From assembly GCF_009914755.1 (NCBI RefSeq), contig NC_060930.1: a stretch of 64,000 nucleotides of DNA, one strand, 5' to 3'. Source of the stretch: the human T2T-CHM13v2.0 reference genome, Homo sapiens. Below are positions 12,991 through 33,149 of the stretch, in pieces. The notes under the pieces were generated by a model. The model had not been told where the DNA came from, did not search any database, and saw only the letters and a list, made by a program, of their open reading frames with translations. The first letter of the stretch is position 1, and each line of letters starts with the position of its first letter. The translations under genes were made by a program, and so were the position numbers.

Positions 12991-14727
12991 TCAAGAAAAA
13001 AACTCAGGATCAGGGTGAAACAAACAAGAAATTACTAAAGTGAATTGGTTAGAGCTTTTGGGGGGAAATTTCCTCTTTCCTGGGACCTGGCGTGTGCATG
13101 TACACACAGCCAAGTAAATGCTATTGTGAAATTAGACTTTCTTTCTTAGGTCTTCAGGCTGTCCCATAAAGCATTTGAGACTCTAGGCTTTTAGCAATAA
13201 TCGTGCTGATGCAGCTGAATTATAATATGGCAGAATGGATTTGGGCACTAGTGTGATGCTTTAAATGTAACAATGTGGTTGGTTTCTAAAGGACTAATTG
13301 GTGACATGGTGAAATCACTGGTTGCCCTGATATGATAAGGCCACCGGCCCCTGTGATCTACCCTTGTTGATAAGGATAAGGATTCCACCCAGCTGGTTCC
13401 TTTAGGGAGGTGCCCTGGCTATCTCTCTACAAGAGCCTGTAGAAACAGTACAAGCAGTCACTATTGCACCAGCCAGGACTGCTCCTGGAAATGTCATCTC
13501 TCCTCCCACTGGGCAATAAAGGACTCCACTTTTTCCAGGATCTGCCTGCACCCAACCCTTATCTAGAGCGGAAAGAAACCATAACCCTTAATTTCCTCCA
13601 AGGATCTTGACACCTCCCCACTCATTCCCCAGTGAGTCTCAGGAATACAGGTTTGTTTTCTTGTGAGAGTCTACGTCTCTTTGCAAAGGTCTGTTCTCTC
13701 AAAAGAAAAGGAATTTGCTTCAGTTCTGCTTCTGGAACTAGAAAGTCAGGTCTTCATCAAACTTATATACAAAGGGATAAAGTCACAGTTGCCATGACCT
13801 CAAAATAACATCAACAAATACTTACTGGGTGTAAGACATTGTGCTAGCTGCCATGAGGGAAGAAGAATGGATCTCTTTCCAAAGATCTTAAAAGACACAG
13901 ACTCATTATCCATTAAAGAAATTAATTACTCATAGCACCCAGTGGAGCTCACTCTTCATGCCCATCTGATAAATGCTGGGACTCCAAGACAGGTTTCTGA
14001 GAGGATGCTAGCATTCTTGGGTGAAATGGTAAATGAGATATGGATTCTTCCAAACTATTCAGCTGCTATTGTCCTTCTCCATACCATAGGCCTGGAGCTG
14101 GTCCAGAGCTGGCTCAGCATGTAAATTCCTCCCCACCTAGCATTGCTGGCCTCTTTGAAGGGAGTGAGGGCTCTGTCCAAGGGAGCTTTCTGTCATGGGC
14201 TAGTCATGGGTAAAGGGCACCAAGACCTTGTCTACCTAGTGTCAGATGAGTGGCTGGGAGTGGAGGATGTCGCTTGACTGATCCTTGGTGGAGAGGGCTT
14301 CTGGCTTCATGGAAGGTTTGTCTCACTATCATTTAAGGAACTTAATGATATTAGCTTTTCTCCTATCTTTAATAAAACTAAGTGTAGTAAAAAAAAATGG
14401 ATAAATGGATAAGTGGATGGATAAATCCTAAGAAATCGGAATAAAACATTATAACAAGAAAAAGAGAGATGAATCCTGCTCTGGACCCTAGAGAAAGCAG
14501 GAACAGTGGGAGGACTGGGAAAGTCCAGGAGAATTTGGCGACATGGACCTCGCCTCTCTGTGAGCACACAGGTTTATGTTTGGTGAAAAATATTTTGAAT
14601 GGGATGCCAGGTATTTTCACTTAGATTAAGCTCCAGCTTCTAGAACCTTCTGTACTTCTCATCCCCTTCAGTTTTCTTTGAACCTTAATAGAGAAGAGTG
14701 CCTTTTAATGAAATAAGATATTAAAGC

Positions 14728-15024
<297 letters not shown>

Positions 15025-15323
15025 ATACTAAGCACTGAGCTCTATGACGTTGTCAATATAATCAAAAGGCTTAGCTTTGTATGAGCTCCATTCTAAGAAT
15101 CTGGGAGGGCTGAGCCTCTGCGAATATCCTGCTGTGCTGCCAGATGATGGGGCCATGCCTTGACCTTTTGGGTCACCACCAGAATAAAGCTGCAGATAGA
15201 AAATGTGGGTAGAGAGTGGAAGAAGGGATATCAGAGTGGGAAAAAGGACCTCCAACTTCAATCTGAGAGAATTTTACAAGAAAAGTAATTAAGGCTATGC
15301 ACCACACTCAGGTGTATTCTAGA

Positions 15324-15528
15324 CCAGGGGTTGGCAAACCGTGACCCACTGCTAGCTTTTGTACCTAACATTTGACTGGAAGACAGCCACAATCTGTTTT
15401 TTCCTTATTGTCTATGATAATTTTGTGCTTCAGAAGTAGAGCTGAGCAGTTGTGTTACAGACCGTATGGCCCAAAAGTTAAAACTATTTACAATCTGGCC
15501 CTTTACAGAAAAAGTTTGCCAACCTCTG
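15324..15528 (+). mobile_element. MER58A-like hAT MITE
   Basis: TIRs caggggttggcaaac ... gtttgccaacctctg; atctggccctttacagaaaa. Confidence 0.85.
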
Positions 15529-15652
15529 GCTTCAAACATGAGTGAGAGTTCTACCAGCCTGACTTGTACTTTTGGTCAGAAGAGTAAGGTTACTCCAGGG
15601 ATTTCCAGCTTTTTCCTTCCTACCTATTCCCCTTTGTTGAAATTGCCTGTAA

Positions 15653-16060
<408 letters not shown>

Positions 16061-16071
16061 CCACCAGCTTC

Positions 16072-16357
16072 CTTTTTTTTTTGAGACAGGCTCTCGCTCT
16101 GTCACCCAGGCTGGAGTGCAGTCCATGGCTCATTGCAGCCTCAAACTCCTGGGCTCAAGAGATCCTCCTACCTCAGTCTCCTGAGTAGCTTGGACTACAG
16201 GCATGCACCACCACACCTGGCTAATTTTTTAATTTTTTTGTAGAGATAAGGTCTCACTATGTTGCTCAGGCTGGTCTGGACCTCTTGAGCTCAATCAATC
16301 CTTCTGCCTTGGCCTCCCAAAGTGCAGAGATACAGGTATGAACCGCCGTGCCTGGCC
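16072..16357 (-). mobile_element. Alu (J-like)
   Basis: Dimer reverse complement; TSD caccag(c/t)ttc. Confidence 0.93.
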
Positions 16358-16547
16358 AACACCAGTTTCTTTAGAAATGAAAGTGTGAATATATTTTAAG
16401 AAAAGCAGTTCCCTGTATTCTTCTGTAAACATTGAGAGTTTATTTTATTTTTCCTCCAATGTCCTATGTGTTTCATCAATAATCACAATAATCTTCATAA
16501 CATTGCATGGTTTGGCATGATGTTTTTCTTATTAAAATAAAAATAAA

Positions 16548-16868
16548 GCTGAAGCCATCATTCTCAGCAAACTAACACAAGAACAGCAAACCAAACACCA
16601 CATGTTCTCACTCAGAAGTGGAAGTTGAACAATGAGAACACATGGACAGAGAGAGACGAACAACACACACCAGGGCCTGTCGGGGGTAGGGGGTGAGAGG
16701 AGGGAGAGCATTAGGACAAATGGCTAATACATGTGGGGCTTAAAACCTAGATGACGGGTTGATAGGTGCAGGAAACCACCATGGCACACGTATATCTATG
16801 TAACAAATCTACACATTCTGCACTTGTACGCCAGAACTTAAAGTAAAATAAAAAATAAAATAGAAAAT
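16548..16868 (+). mobile_element. L1PA 3' end (5'-truncated)
   Basis: gaagccatcattctcagcaaacta...catgttctcactc...G-rich tract...gaacttaaagtaaaataaaaaa. Confidence 0.93.
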
Positions 16869-16869
16869 A

Positions 16870-17110
16870 GCTAATATTTATTGAGCTCTTACTAAATGCT
16901 AGTCCCCATTCTAAGAGCTTTATGTGAACTATCCTAGTGAACCCTCATTATTGCCCCAAGAGATAAGGACTCTTATCATCATCATTTTACAGATAAGCAA
17001 ACTGAGGAGGAGAGGGGTTAAGTAATTTGCCCATGGTCAGACTCACAGTAAGTAGAGAAACAGGGTTTCAAACCACTCCTAAGCTATGACCTTGGCCACT
17101 CTGTTATGTA
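16870..17110 (-). mobile_element. MIR SINE
   Basis: gctaatatttattgagctcttacta...cattttacagataagcaaactgagg...ttgcccatggtca. Confidence 0.85.
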
Positions 17111-17212
17111 CTACTTGCCTCAAGAAATGTGAAAATAAACTTAACTAAAAAGTCTAATTAGGAAATAAATTCTCATTAGGCATTCAACATTCAAGTATCT
17201 ATCAAGTGCTAA

Positions 17213-17533
<321 letters not shown>

Positions 17534-18249
17534 GACAATATTAATTTTTTATCTACATTGATCTATGATTTTTCAGATAAATATCTTGAGACTAAATTTC
17601 AAAAACCTGTAACTTTTAGTAATTTTTATTTTCTTCTGGGCCTTTATTGGACTTTGATTTCTTTTTTGGATTGGGAAGCATTTTTAAGTCATTCTTATCA
17701 AACTCAATTATGTAAGATTATCACACACTAGTGATTTTTTTCATTACATCCAAAGTAAAGACAGTGAAAAAAAGCAAGGCAACTACATCTTTTTCCATAT
17801 TTTATTTAACTATATTTGTCAAGATACTTGCAAAGCCTTTGGAGGTCTAGGAACATCTCAGTGTCAGCAACATTTCCATTCTTGCACTTCAAGCTCTACT
17901 GATTCATCAGGGGCCTCCAAGTAGCAAGTTCTTCTTTGTTTGTGGATTCAAAAGATCAGTTAACAATATAACTCATTCATGACATTTCAGTTAACAACTT
18001 TCAAAAAGAAGCTTTTTAAATTAGAACGAATGTCCTAAAAAAGAATAGAAATAGGCTCTGCTAGAAGTAGAACCCTCAAGTTCTCCTCCACAGAATCACA
18101 CCTGAAAGTTTCCAATGATTCCACCAGAGAATTTCCTCCGGTTTTAATTAATATTGTAGGGTGGAGATACTATATGCTGGAGACTTTTATATCTGTGTTT
18201 GATGTTACAACAAATACAGTTTGAAAAACATTTTTTTAAACACATGAAT

Positions 18250-21860
<3,611 letters not shown>

Positions 21861-23869
21861 TTAAAAACATAAGAGAACCTGAAAAGAAAACCAAAACAGC
21901 CTCCTTTGTATTAATATCCGATTAAAGCATTCTTAACAAGCCTGGAACGCTGATGGCCAGCAAAGTAGTGTCCCCATTACCACTAATTACTGTTCAAGGC
22001 ATCATTCTCCCGAAGTTCTGAATATTGATTAAGACCGGAGGGAAAACAATGACACTCGAAATTGATTTGACCTGCTTAGAAGAAGAAAATCTCAGCCCAG
22101 TTCTCCATAGGTTTTCAGGTTATGCTGTCGTCTCTCAGTTTGAGGTTAACAGCCAAAGTTGAGACACACACAAGACCAAAATTATGTCTTTGGAGAGTCC
22201 ACTCTGCTGGCAAACCTTTTCTCTCTCTGACGTTCTCTCTGGAAGAGAGTTCATTCATTTCAGAGTTCTCTGTTTCCCACTGGAATGCTGACTACATTCC
22301 ATGCCAGAAATAAACCATCATTCTACAAAAACTTTCAGGAGAAAATTAAATTCAGCATATTCTAAAGGCAGAAAGCATTAGTCCTTTCTGATATTTTTAA
22401 TTCTTTTTCTTTTTTTTCCTGCAAATCTAGTCTCTATGTTAAAAACCAGAGTGCATTTTCTAGAAAAGAAAGAAAAATATCATCACAACACAAAATAATG
22501 ACAATGTAGACAAAATTTATGACAATGTGGACGTAAATAGCTTTATAGTGCTGACTTCACTGAAATATATCAGACCAGTTCTGCATTTGGAGACCTGGAT
22601 TGTAATGTGAGGAAGGTGCATTGCCTGCCTTGTTTCTGCAAGAGTGATGCTTAAAAAAAGCAGAAAAAGGATGGAATTGGGAGTGGGGAGAACAGAGTGT
22701 CAATCCTGGCTCCATTCCCAGGGCTGTTGTGGTGCTGATCCACATTTACTTTGTCACTTGTGAATCAGCCCTGGTAATAGTTGCCCTACATACCTCACAA
22801 AACTGTTGTAAAATGAGGTACTATAAATAAAAGTACTCTGAGAAAACACAAACGTAGTAAACATATCATACCTGGACTTATCCAGGATGGCCCGATGCAA
22901 AATAACGATGTAGGTGGCATTTGCCTAAGCATATTCACTTTCTCACTGGTGTCTCTTAAAGAATTCCCTCCTTTGTCAAATATCCCAGGAACTGTTGCAA
23001 CCATGTTTCCTCTCTCCTGCTATCATTTTACCCATCACCCCATGATCACTGAATCCTCTTCACTCCCTCAAAACTACAGCCTCAATGGTTTCCAACTTTT
23101 TATGGAGACCATTAGCCAGACAATGGTGTCATGTCCATGTGATCATGGAGATGGCTGGGGATGACAATCCTTCTCACGCCCTTTCAGTGATCCCATATTG
23201 AATATTTTTTAACACTTACTAAGCTCCCAGTTTTGTTGCATGACCCAGAGGGGTAATTCTAAGGGTAGAAACCTTAGTTTAAAAAGTTTAAAACAATGAC
23301 AAGTTGGCAACAAGATGAGGGAGGCATTTTAGAAGAGCCAATGCCCAGTCAATATCTGAGATCACTCTTAGAGTTGTTTTTGTCCACTCTGCCATCTTGC
23401 TATGCTGACCACATGGCTATACCCCTAGAGAAGAATTTCCCAGAACTACATGAGCATCTGCAGAACAGACAGAAAGCCAGGGACTTCCATTCCACACATC
23501 CCCTTTGGTGGCCAGAGGTCCTGGATGTGCCAGAGCAGCAGCGTGAAGGAGTTATTTGCTTCATGGAGACAAAAGGATTCATCCCACAGACTGCTTATGA
23601 GCACAAGCAGGAGCCCTCCACATTCTCACACACTTACATTGGTCTCATCTTCACTGACTTCCAGAGAACCAATCATATCTTAGGACTTTAATACCAGATG
23701 AATCATAGCAATCATCTCATTCAAATTTGAGACAAAATCCCAAAAGAAGTTAAAAGATTTGCCCAAGATTACATGCTTCCTCCATGGCAGACAAAATAGA
23801 GCAAATTTCTGTCATATGAACTTTGATTTGGGTGAATTAAGGAAGCTCTACAATCATCATTATTTTGAT

Positions 23870-24240
23870 CATTAATATTTATTAATCACTTGCTATAATA
23901 TTTCATGGAATCTAAGACCCACTAATCATAAGGCTCACCATTATTTTGTGGACCTCCAAGACAGAAAGAAAATGCTAACAATTACATCATTACCTCATTG
24001 ATCGTTAAGACATATTTCAGAGATGTTAAAGTGTGAATCTCAGAATCAGTGAAAAACAGTATGTACCAAGTTCTTGATGTACCTAATGGTGTTTATTCTC
24101 AAAACAAATAGACACTATTATTTGACCCATTTTTTTTTCAGATGAGGAAATAAAGGCTTAAATTTTTCCTAAGTAAGAGAGCTGAGTCAAATCCATGCCT
24201 ATCTATCTCCAGGGTCCAAACTTGTAACCACTATGGCTCT
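23870..24240 (-). mobile_element. MIR interrupted by a MER104-like Tc2 MITE (~23895-24061)
   Basis: atatttcatggaatctaagac...ctcagaatcagtgaaaaacagta inverted ends; MIR halves on both sides (cagatgaggaaa...). Confidence 0.65.
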
Positions 24241-24611
24241 CTGAGGCGTATAAGTATCTTGGAACAGAACAGAAAGGGGACCGTGGGACAGGACCCAAGT
24301 GGATCTCAAATATATCGACTCTTATCTCTCCCACCTGTAGTTTTTCATGACAATAAGTACAATGATCTTTTCTCCCCACCATATATTATATGCAAGGTTA
24401 CACTTCCTTTTGCTTGTGCCCATATCTGCTAGCAGTTCCCAGAGTACAGAGCTCAATTCAAAATTGACCCACTGCCTTCCTCTTATAATGGGCATAATAT
24501 TCTGAGAAGCAGTCAAATTTTCTGGGACTTAGAGGCTCATTATTCTCTAAACTCTTTTGTGTCTGAAAATTTTTATAAGAGGTTTTTTTTTTTTTTTTAA
24601 GATCAGTTACA

Positions 24612-25037
24612 AGGTAGGCACAGTGGTATGCACCTTGTAGTCCCAGCTACACAGGAGGCTAGAGTGGGAGGATCACTTGAGTCCAGGAGTTGGAGTCCAG
24701 CCCAGACAATGTAGTGAGATCCTGTTTCTAACAATAATAAGGCCAGGGTCAGCAGTTCACACCTGTAATCTCAGCACTTTAGGAGGCCGAGGTGGAAAGA
24801 TAGCTTGAGCCCATGAGATCGAGACTAGCCCTGGCAACATAGTGAGACCCTGTCTCTACAAAAACTAAAAAAAATTAACCAGGCGTGGTAGTGCATGCCT
24901 GTAGTACTAGCTCCTTTGGAAGGCTGAGGCAGGAAGATTGCTCAAGGCTGGGAGGTCAAGGCTGCAATGAGCTGTGGTCACGTCACTGCACTCTAGCCTG
25001 GGTGATACAACAAAACTAGGTCTCCAAAAAAAAAAAA
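24612..25037 (+). mobile_element. Alu monomer plus full AluJ within one TSD pair
   Basis: TSD atcagttacaa at 24602 and 25037. Confidence 0.9.
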
Positions 25038-25417
25038 TCAGTTACAATTCTATATAGTAATAGTCAGCATTTATTAAACCTTTGTTATTTACCAAAGCAC
25101 TAATCATGCTTAAGGTCATATATCTAAAAAATGGCCCACTCCTAAAATATATCCACAAGATGCTGTGTACATACAGTGGACAGGGTAGCTTATTCTTTCT
25201 TAGGCTTTATAGCAGAAAAGGTTGGATGAAAGTCTTGAGGGAAAAAACATGGTTCAATGTCAGGAAGACATGAGAAAGAAAACTGCATGTACAAAAAGAC
25301 AAAAAGGAGGAATCTTTAGGGAAAGACTTTCGAAAACTGCAAGTGTCAATTCCTAAGCAACATTTCACACAAGTTCGGCTCATGACAGAAGGCCAGTGTT
25401 TCTCTCAGCACTCCACC

Positions 25418-27632
<2,215 letters not shown>

Positions 27633-27979
27633 TTCCACCTTTTTAATCCATGAACTCATATGCCTTTTAAGTATTCTCAAGGAGCTCTCTTCAGACATAG
27701 AATTGACTCACTTGTGTTCACACAGAGAATGAACACCTTATCCTGCCCACATCTGGAGTGGTTTTCTGGGAAATCTTGTGTGGTGTGCATGTCTTTACAC
27801 ACCTGCCCGGAAAAAAGATGAATCAGGCCTCAAGGAATTCCTCTCCCTCTCAGCATTCAGAGAGAACTGAGGCTTAGCTTGTCTATCAGAAACAAAACCG
27901 GAAAACAAAACAAAAAAAGTTTGAGGGTTTAGCATTTCCATAAGGGCTAAAAATAATTTTTAAACTACTTTGCTTTAAA

Positions 27980-28018
27980 AGAAAGATGAAAGGAAGGAAG
28001 GAAGGAAGGGAGAAAGGA

Positions 28019-28081
<63 letters not shown>

Positions 28082-28247
28082 GAAGGAAGAAAGAAAGAAA
28101 GGGAAAGAAAGAAAGAGAGAAAGAAAAGAAAGAGAGCGAAAGAAGAAAGAAAGAAAAGAGGCAGAAAAGAAAAAGAGAAAGAAAGAAAAGGGAAAAGAAA
28201 GAAAGAAAGAAAAGAGAAAAGGAAAGGAAAGCAAAGCAAGAAAGCAA
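27980..28247 (+). repeat. (GAAA)n/(GGAA)n purine-rich microsatellite
   Basis: About 15 perfect GAAA units in 28017-28080 within a ~265-bp nearly pure purine tract. Confidence 0.97.
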
Positions 28248-29121
28248 GCCTGGTGATTGCTAAAGTAGCAGAATCTTAAATCTTCCATCTCAAATGAGTG
28301 GACTGTGCTGAGGCCCATTCCGCCTGGAGTTCATGTTCGGAGGTCTGTGGGAGCCTCTCAGGTGGCTGGCCCTCAATTGGCAGCAGAAGCAGCAGCTGAG
28401 CAGGTGGCAGGGCAGAGACAGGGTAGGGGATGGGAATGGAAAGGGATGGAGAAAGAAGAATGAAGACAGTAAAAGCAGACTCAGGACAGAGTGAATATTT
28501 GCTGAAAAGTCAATGGATTAGCAGTCCCTTGTGATGGCTGAAGAGTTAAACGACAAAGATCAGCTGAAAAATTGATGCCGAATTCTCTAAAGGGATGCTC
28601 TATCCATAGGAGCTTGGACATGTCAGTCTTTCTAAAAGCATTTTCAAATATTGTCTTGAAATAGCATTAAATAAATTATGGTATTTTCAGAATATTTGGC
28701 TTTATTTTTAATACACATTCATAATTCTTCTATCTACCCAAATCACTGCCCCACTACAAATAAGAAAAATACATTTATAAGAATATTAAAGTTACTGTCC
28801 CACAGTGCTGTCTTTTTTTCCATTTGGGGTATGGATTTGACGCCCTGGAATATTTCCATTGGAATATCACCTATTCATCTACCTTGATCATCACAGTGAC
28901 AGCCGAGGGAAGCCAGGCAGTCAATAGATAGGTCTAAAATACAAAGTTGATGAGAAGGGTGGAGTTTGCAAATGGAAGTAATTACACTCATTAGTCCAAA
29001 GCAGAGAAAAAAAGAAACCCCAGCCCAGAGTTCATTAGAATAGAAAAGGTTTTTCTTAATGAAAGGATATCATGAAACTGACATTTAAAAATGGAATGGA
29101 CTTTTAAATCATAAGAGATAA

Positions 29122-29523
<402 letters not shown>

Positions 29524-29619
29524 TAACTTTTTCCACTTGGTTTGTGCATTTCTTCACCATGCTGAGCTGACAGATACGTATAAGCTATGTGGTATAGAGG
29601 CAACTTTTTTTTTTTTCAG

Positions 29620-29917
29620 GCAACCTCAAGAGGGCTGAAAAAGTTTATAAAATGTTCTGGAGATGCATTCATTGAGGCTCAGTAACTAAAGCTTAACTCA
29701 GCCTTTGAGGAATTTATGCTCCTCTTGAGAATCAGCTTTGCCCCTTTGTCTTGCTCAGCCCACTGGTGGGGGTCAATGGGCACACAAGAACTCCCATGGC
29801 AACAGCAGGTGCTTCTCATTCAAATTCAAACTGGTCAGTTTCTTTCCTTTGTTCACTCTGCTCTCCTAAAACCATCATCCCAGTCTCCTTGCTGCAAAAC
29901 TTGCCAAGTCATGAGAG
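29620..29917 (+). ncRNA. Candidate plus-strand exon
   Basis: T12-CAG acceptor and consensus GAG|GTAAGT donor; no recognisable protein. Confidence 0.25.
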
Positions 29918-30006
29918 GTAAGTCATAAAAAGTTGAACGCTTGACTTTTCGGGCTTTATAGATAGGTTTGTTTGCAGATACACAGCATTAAAGAGAATTT
30001 AGCTAC

Positions 30007-30113
30007 CTGTCATTTCTCTGACAGCGCACCCCAAGGTTGTGAACCCCTCAGACATGTCCAGTTCTTCTCTTACAACCAAACCTGTCTTCCCAGACACTTC
30101 TGAATGAGGAGGC
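30007..30113 (-). other. Candidate internal exon (5'UTR or N-terminal coding)
   Basis: Acceptor tttctctctctcttttcctctttcttcctag; donor CAG|GTAGCT; 107 nt; one frame fully open. Confidence 0.5.
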
Positions 30114-30139
30114 CTAGGAAGAAAGAGGAAAAGAGAGAG

Positions 30140-30800
30140 AGAAAGTGTGCACGCACAGGCGCACAAACACAAAATCCGGCTTCCACGGAGGACAGCAGCA
30201 GCCTGCTGCACAGTGGGGACCAAGAGATACAAGGCTGCCCATGTAACAGATGCAAGTTTCCCGTGCTCCGGTTCAGCTGGGAATGCAGGCTGTAAAGCTG
30301 AAATAAATCACATGGAACTTGCTGTCATCTCTCTACCTTCCTGCTAAACCCTTCGACACTGCCGCTTGACTGGCTGGAGTCGTCGTAGTTTTTAAATGAA
30401 GGCTGGAAACTGGCATTGGCAGCACTGCCTAATTTTTAGCTAATACCTTTGTGGGTTCTGCGCTCGCATCTGGCCAGTGCCATCATGCTGGGGATGATTA
30501 TAATAGGCTGCTGCTCTTTCCCAAGCAGGAAGCTGGAGTCCTGTAACTGACAGGCTAAACAGAAGCTTGTTCCAAACACAACAGCACATCACAGCCAGAG
30601 AAGGGTCTGCGGTGCGGGACTTCTCCCAAGGCATAAAAAAGAGAGAGAGAGAGAGAGAGAAATGTGTTAACTGTGCTAACAGTGCCAAGTAATATGCTTC
30701 GTTAAAAATTTAATCACCTACAAGTGCAAAACAAGTGCAAAGCAATCATGTTGTAATTAGCACAGCAATTAACACCTCCCTTTTCGATAGCACATGCATC
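30140..30800. promoter_or_regulatory. Putative promoter/enhancer island
   Basis: Free of interspersed repeats, ~14 CpGs in 30150-30620, (GA)n tract, tandem ACAAGTGCAAA, TAAT cores. Confidence 0.45.
30447..30640 (-). other. Candidate first/upstream exon
   Basis: Donor AAG|GTATTA; locally CpG-retaining unique sequence; 5' limit unknown. Confidence 0.35.
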
Positions 30801-31348
30801 CTAGGAAGGGCAGGATTGCAAGTGTTTATGCTGCTGACAGCCTCAGTTCCTATAGAGAGGGAAAAAATTGCTTAAAGAGAATTTTTTGGTTTCTGGCATT
30901 TGGGCTTTTATGTGTTCATGAAACCTCAGAACCAGCTGCCATTTTGGTTTTGTGTGAAAGTTGTTCAGCTGTGTGGTAAAACTAACTAACTTCCCCATTT
31001 TGTGTGTTAGCTAAAGCTTCTCACTAGCACCACCTTCACCTTTTCTAACATTAAAATATAAATAAATTAGTATTAGGACCAAATTTGTCATGTATATCCA
31101 CACAATTTGCATGCGAAATGGTGCTTCCTACCAAAAGAAAAAGAGAATTGTCTTCCTCAGTCCTTTATCCGAAGCCAAAATTAAAAAAAAAAATACTCAA
31201 TAACAGGATAAATGACTACTGGAAAAATGCTCTAAAAGTATTCCTGCCAAAAAATAAATAAAAATAAATAAAAGTATTCTTTCTATCACTTTAGAAAATT
31301 AGGTGTCTTCTATGTCACCAAGACCAGTTTTAAGGACTAAGCATCAGT

Positions 31349-31467
31349 TTTTGTTTGTTTGTTTGTTTGTTTGTCTGTTTTAATTTTACTTTAAGTTCCA
31401 GGATACATGTGCAGAACGTGCAGGTTTGTTACATAGGTAAGCACGTGCCATAGTGGTTTGCTGCACC
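31349..31467 (-). mobile_element. Very short L1PA 3' end
   Basis: (TTTG)n tail plus ttaagttccaggatacatgtgcagaacgtgcaggtttgttacatagg; TSD taagcatcagtt. Confidence 0.9.
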
Positions 31468-32140
31468 GGGTCTTTGCAGTAAGCATCAGTTCTCTAAGGA
31501 AGTCAGGGAAGGAAGGAAGGTGGAGGATCCTTCTGTACCATCTCATATCAAGCCCAAGTCCAATAACTGGTCTAGATAGAACGTGGCACCAGAGCTGCCT
31601 GGTATTAAGCGAGAAGTACCTATTCCAGCATGTACTGCCTATTAACCTGATTTATAGGTACCCTAGAGCTCATCTCAATACATAGAGATTTGTGGGTAAA
31701 ACAGTTGGGAAAATAGAGCAAGCAGTCTTCAATCCCCTACTGGAGAGTTAATCTTTAACTTGCCAATCTCTTGTCTCTATCCCAGACAGATGAAAGCCTG
31801 TCAGAGTATGCAGTCTGAGATGCCACTGACTAGAAATTCATCTAAGGCCCCAAAGTCCTTGGCACAGTTTTAGAAATGACTCATTATGAGAATGAAACCT
31901 AGTTAGCAACTCGAAAACTCTGAATGTCTTTGAAAAAAGTTATATAAGGAAATTTTCTTTAAGTATGAAACATCTAAGAATTTAAGAAACAATATGAGGG
32001 AAAAGCAAATAAAATCTTTAGGATGAATTTGTTTTATTCTCATTGGCCATTGATCATGGAATGAATATGTTTTAAGGAGCAGAGGAAACATTTGGAGTGT
32101 GATGTTTGAAGGCTAGAAAGCAATTACCTATGCTTTACAT

Positions 32141-32467
<327 letters not shown>

Positions 32468-33149
32468 TAAGCTTTACATTTCTACAGTCAACTTTGTAAC
32501 GACATTGCTAAGATAGGAGCAATGAAAAGCAAGAGTCCCTAAGAACTGGCTAACGTGCCAACAGTCTGCGGTCTATAGAAAGTGCAGGCATTCATAGAAG
32601 CTAGTCACTTTCCTGGTTTGCTGTTTCCTTTTCCCAGCAATTCTTTTGTTCAAGCTCAGACGCCCATCCCAAAAAGCTGAGAAAGGAAACCTCAGTAAGA
32701 TAGAAGACACACTTTATAACAGGGCAAGCTGCAATGAAAAATTCACACTGGAAACCTCAGTAGGAAGTAAAATGAAACCCCTGTCTCAAATACAAAGAGG
32801 ACAAATGTCTTATTATGCTAAAAAGCCTCAAATTCAGTGTGTAGAGCTACTTGGAACAGACAGTTCCCATAGTCACAGTTTTTATTCATTCTTACAAAAA
32901 CCGTCCTTGAGACCGATGTTCTTTAAATATTGCTATCATTTGTAAAACTGGTTAAAAATGTCTGCTGTATTGTGGCCTTAATCCAAAGACCCAGATGATA
33001 TATTTCTGCATTTGCATTTATTTCTAATAAATATTATATCTCTGTTGCTCGATGTTTATTTTCTCTTTCATGAGAAAGGCTTAAATGCCAGATAATTTAA
33101 AAACAAGTCATGTGAAACTTTTGTAATTATCATCTTACATACTTGCTAA

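Noticed and set aside
23296-23691. 131-aa ORF in unique sequence
   Set aside because: No recognisable homology, promoter or convincing splice context; length is compatible with chance
27886-28318. Phe/Leu/Ser- and Lys/Glu/Arg-rich ORFs
   Set aside because: Translations of the (GAAA)n tract
28396-28412. CTCF-like motif CTGAGCAGGTGGCAG (and GCGCCAGATGGCAA at ~200)
   Set aside because: Both lack key 5' CC positions of the core motif; too weak without ChIP data
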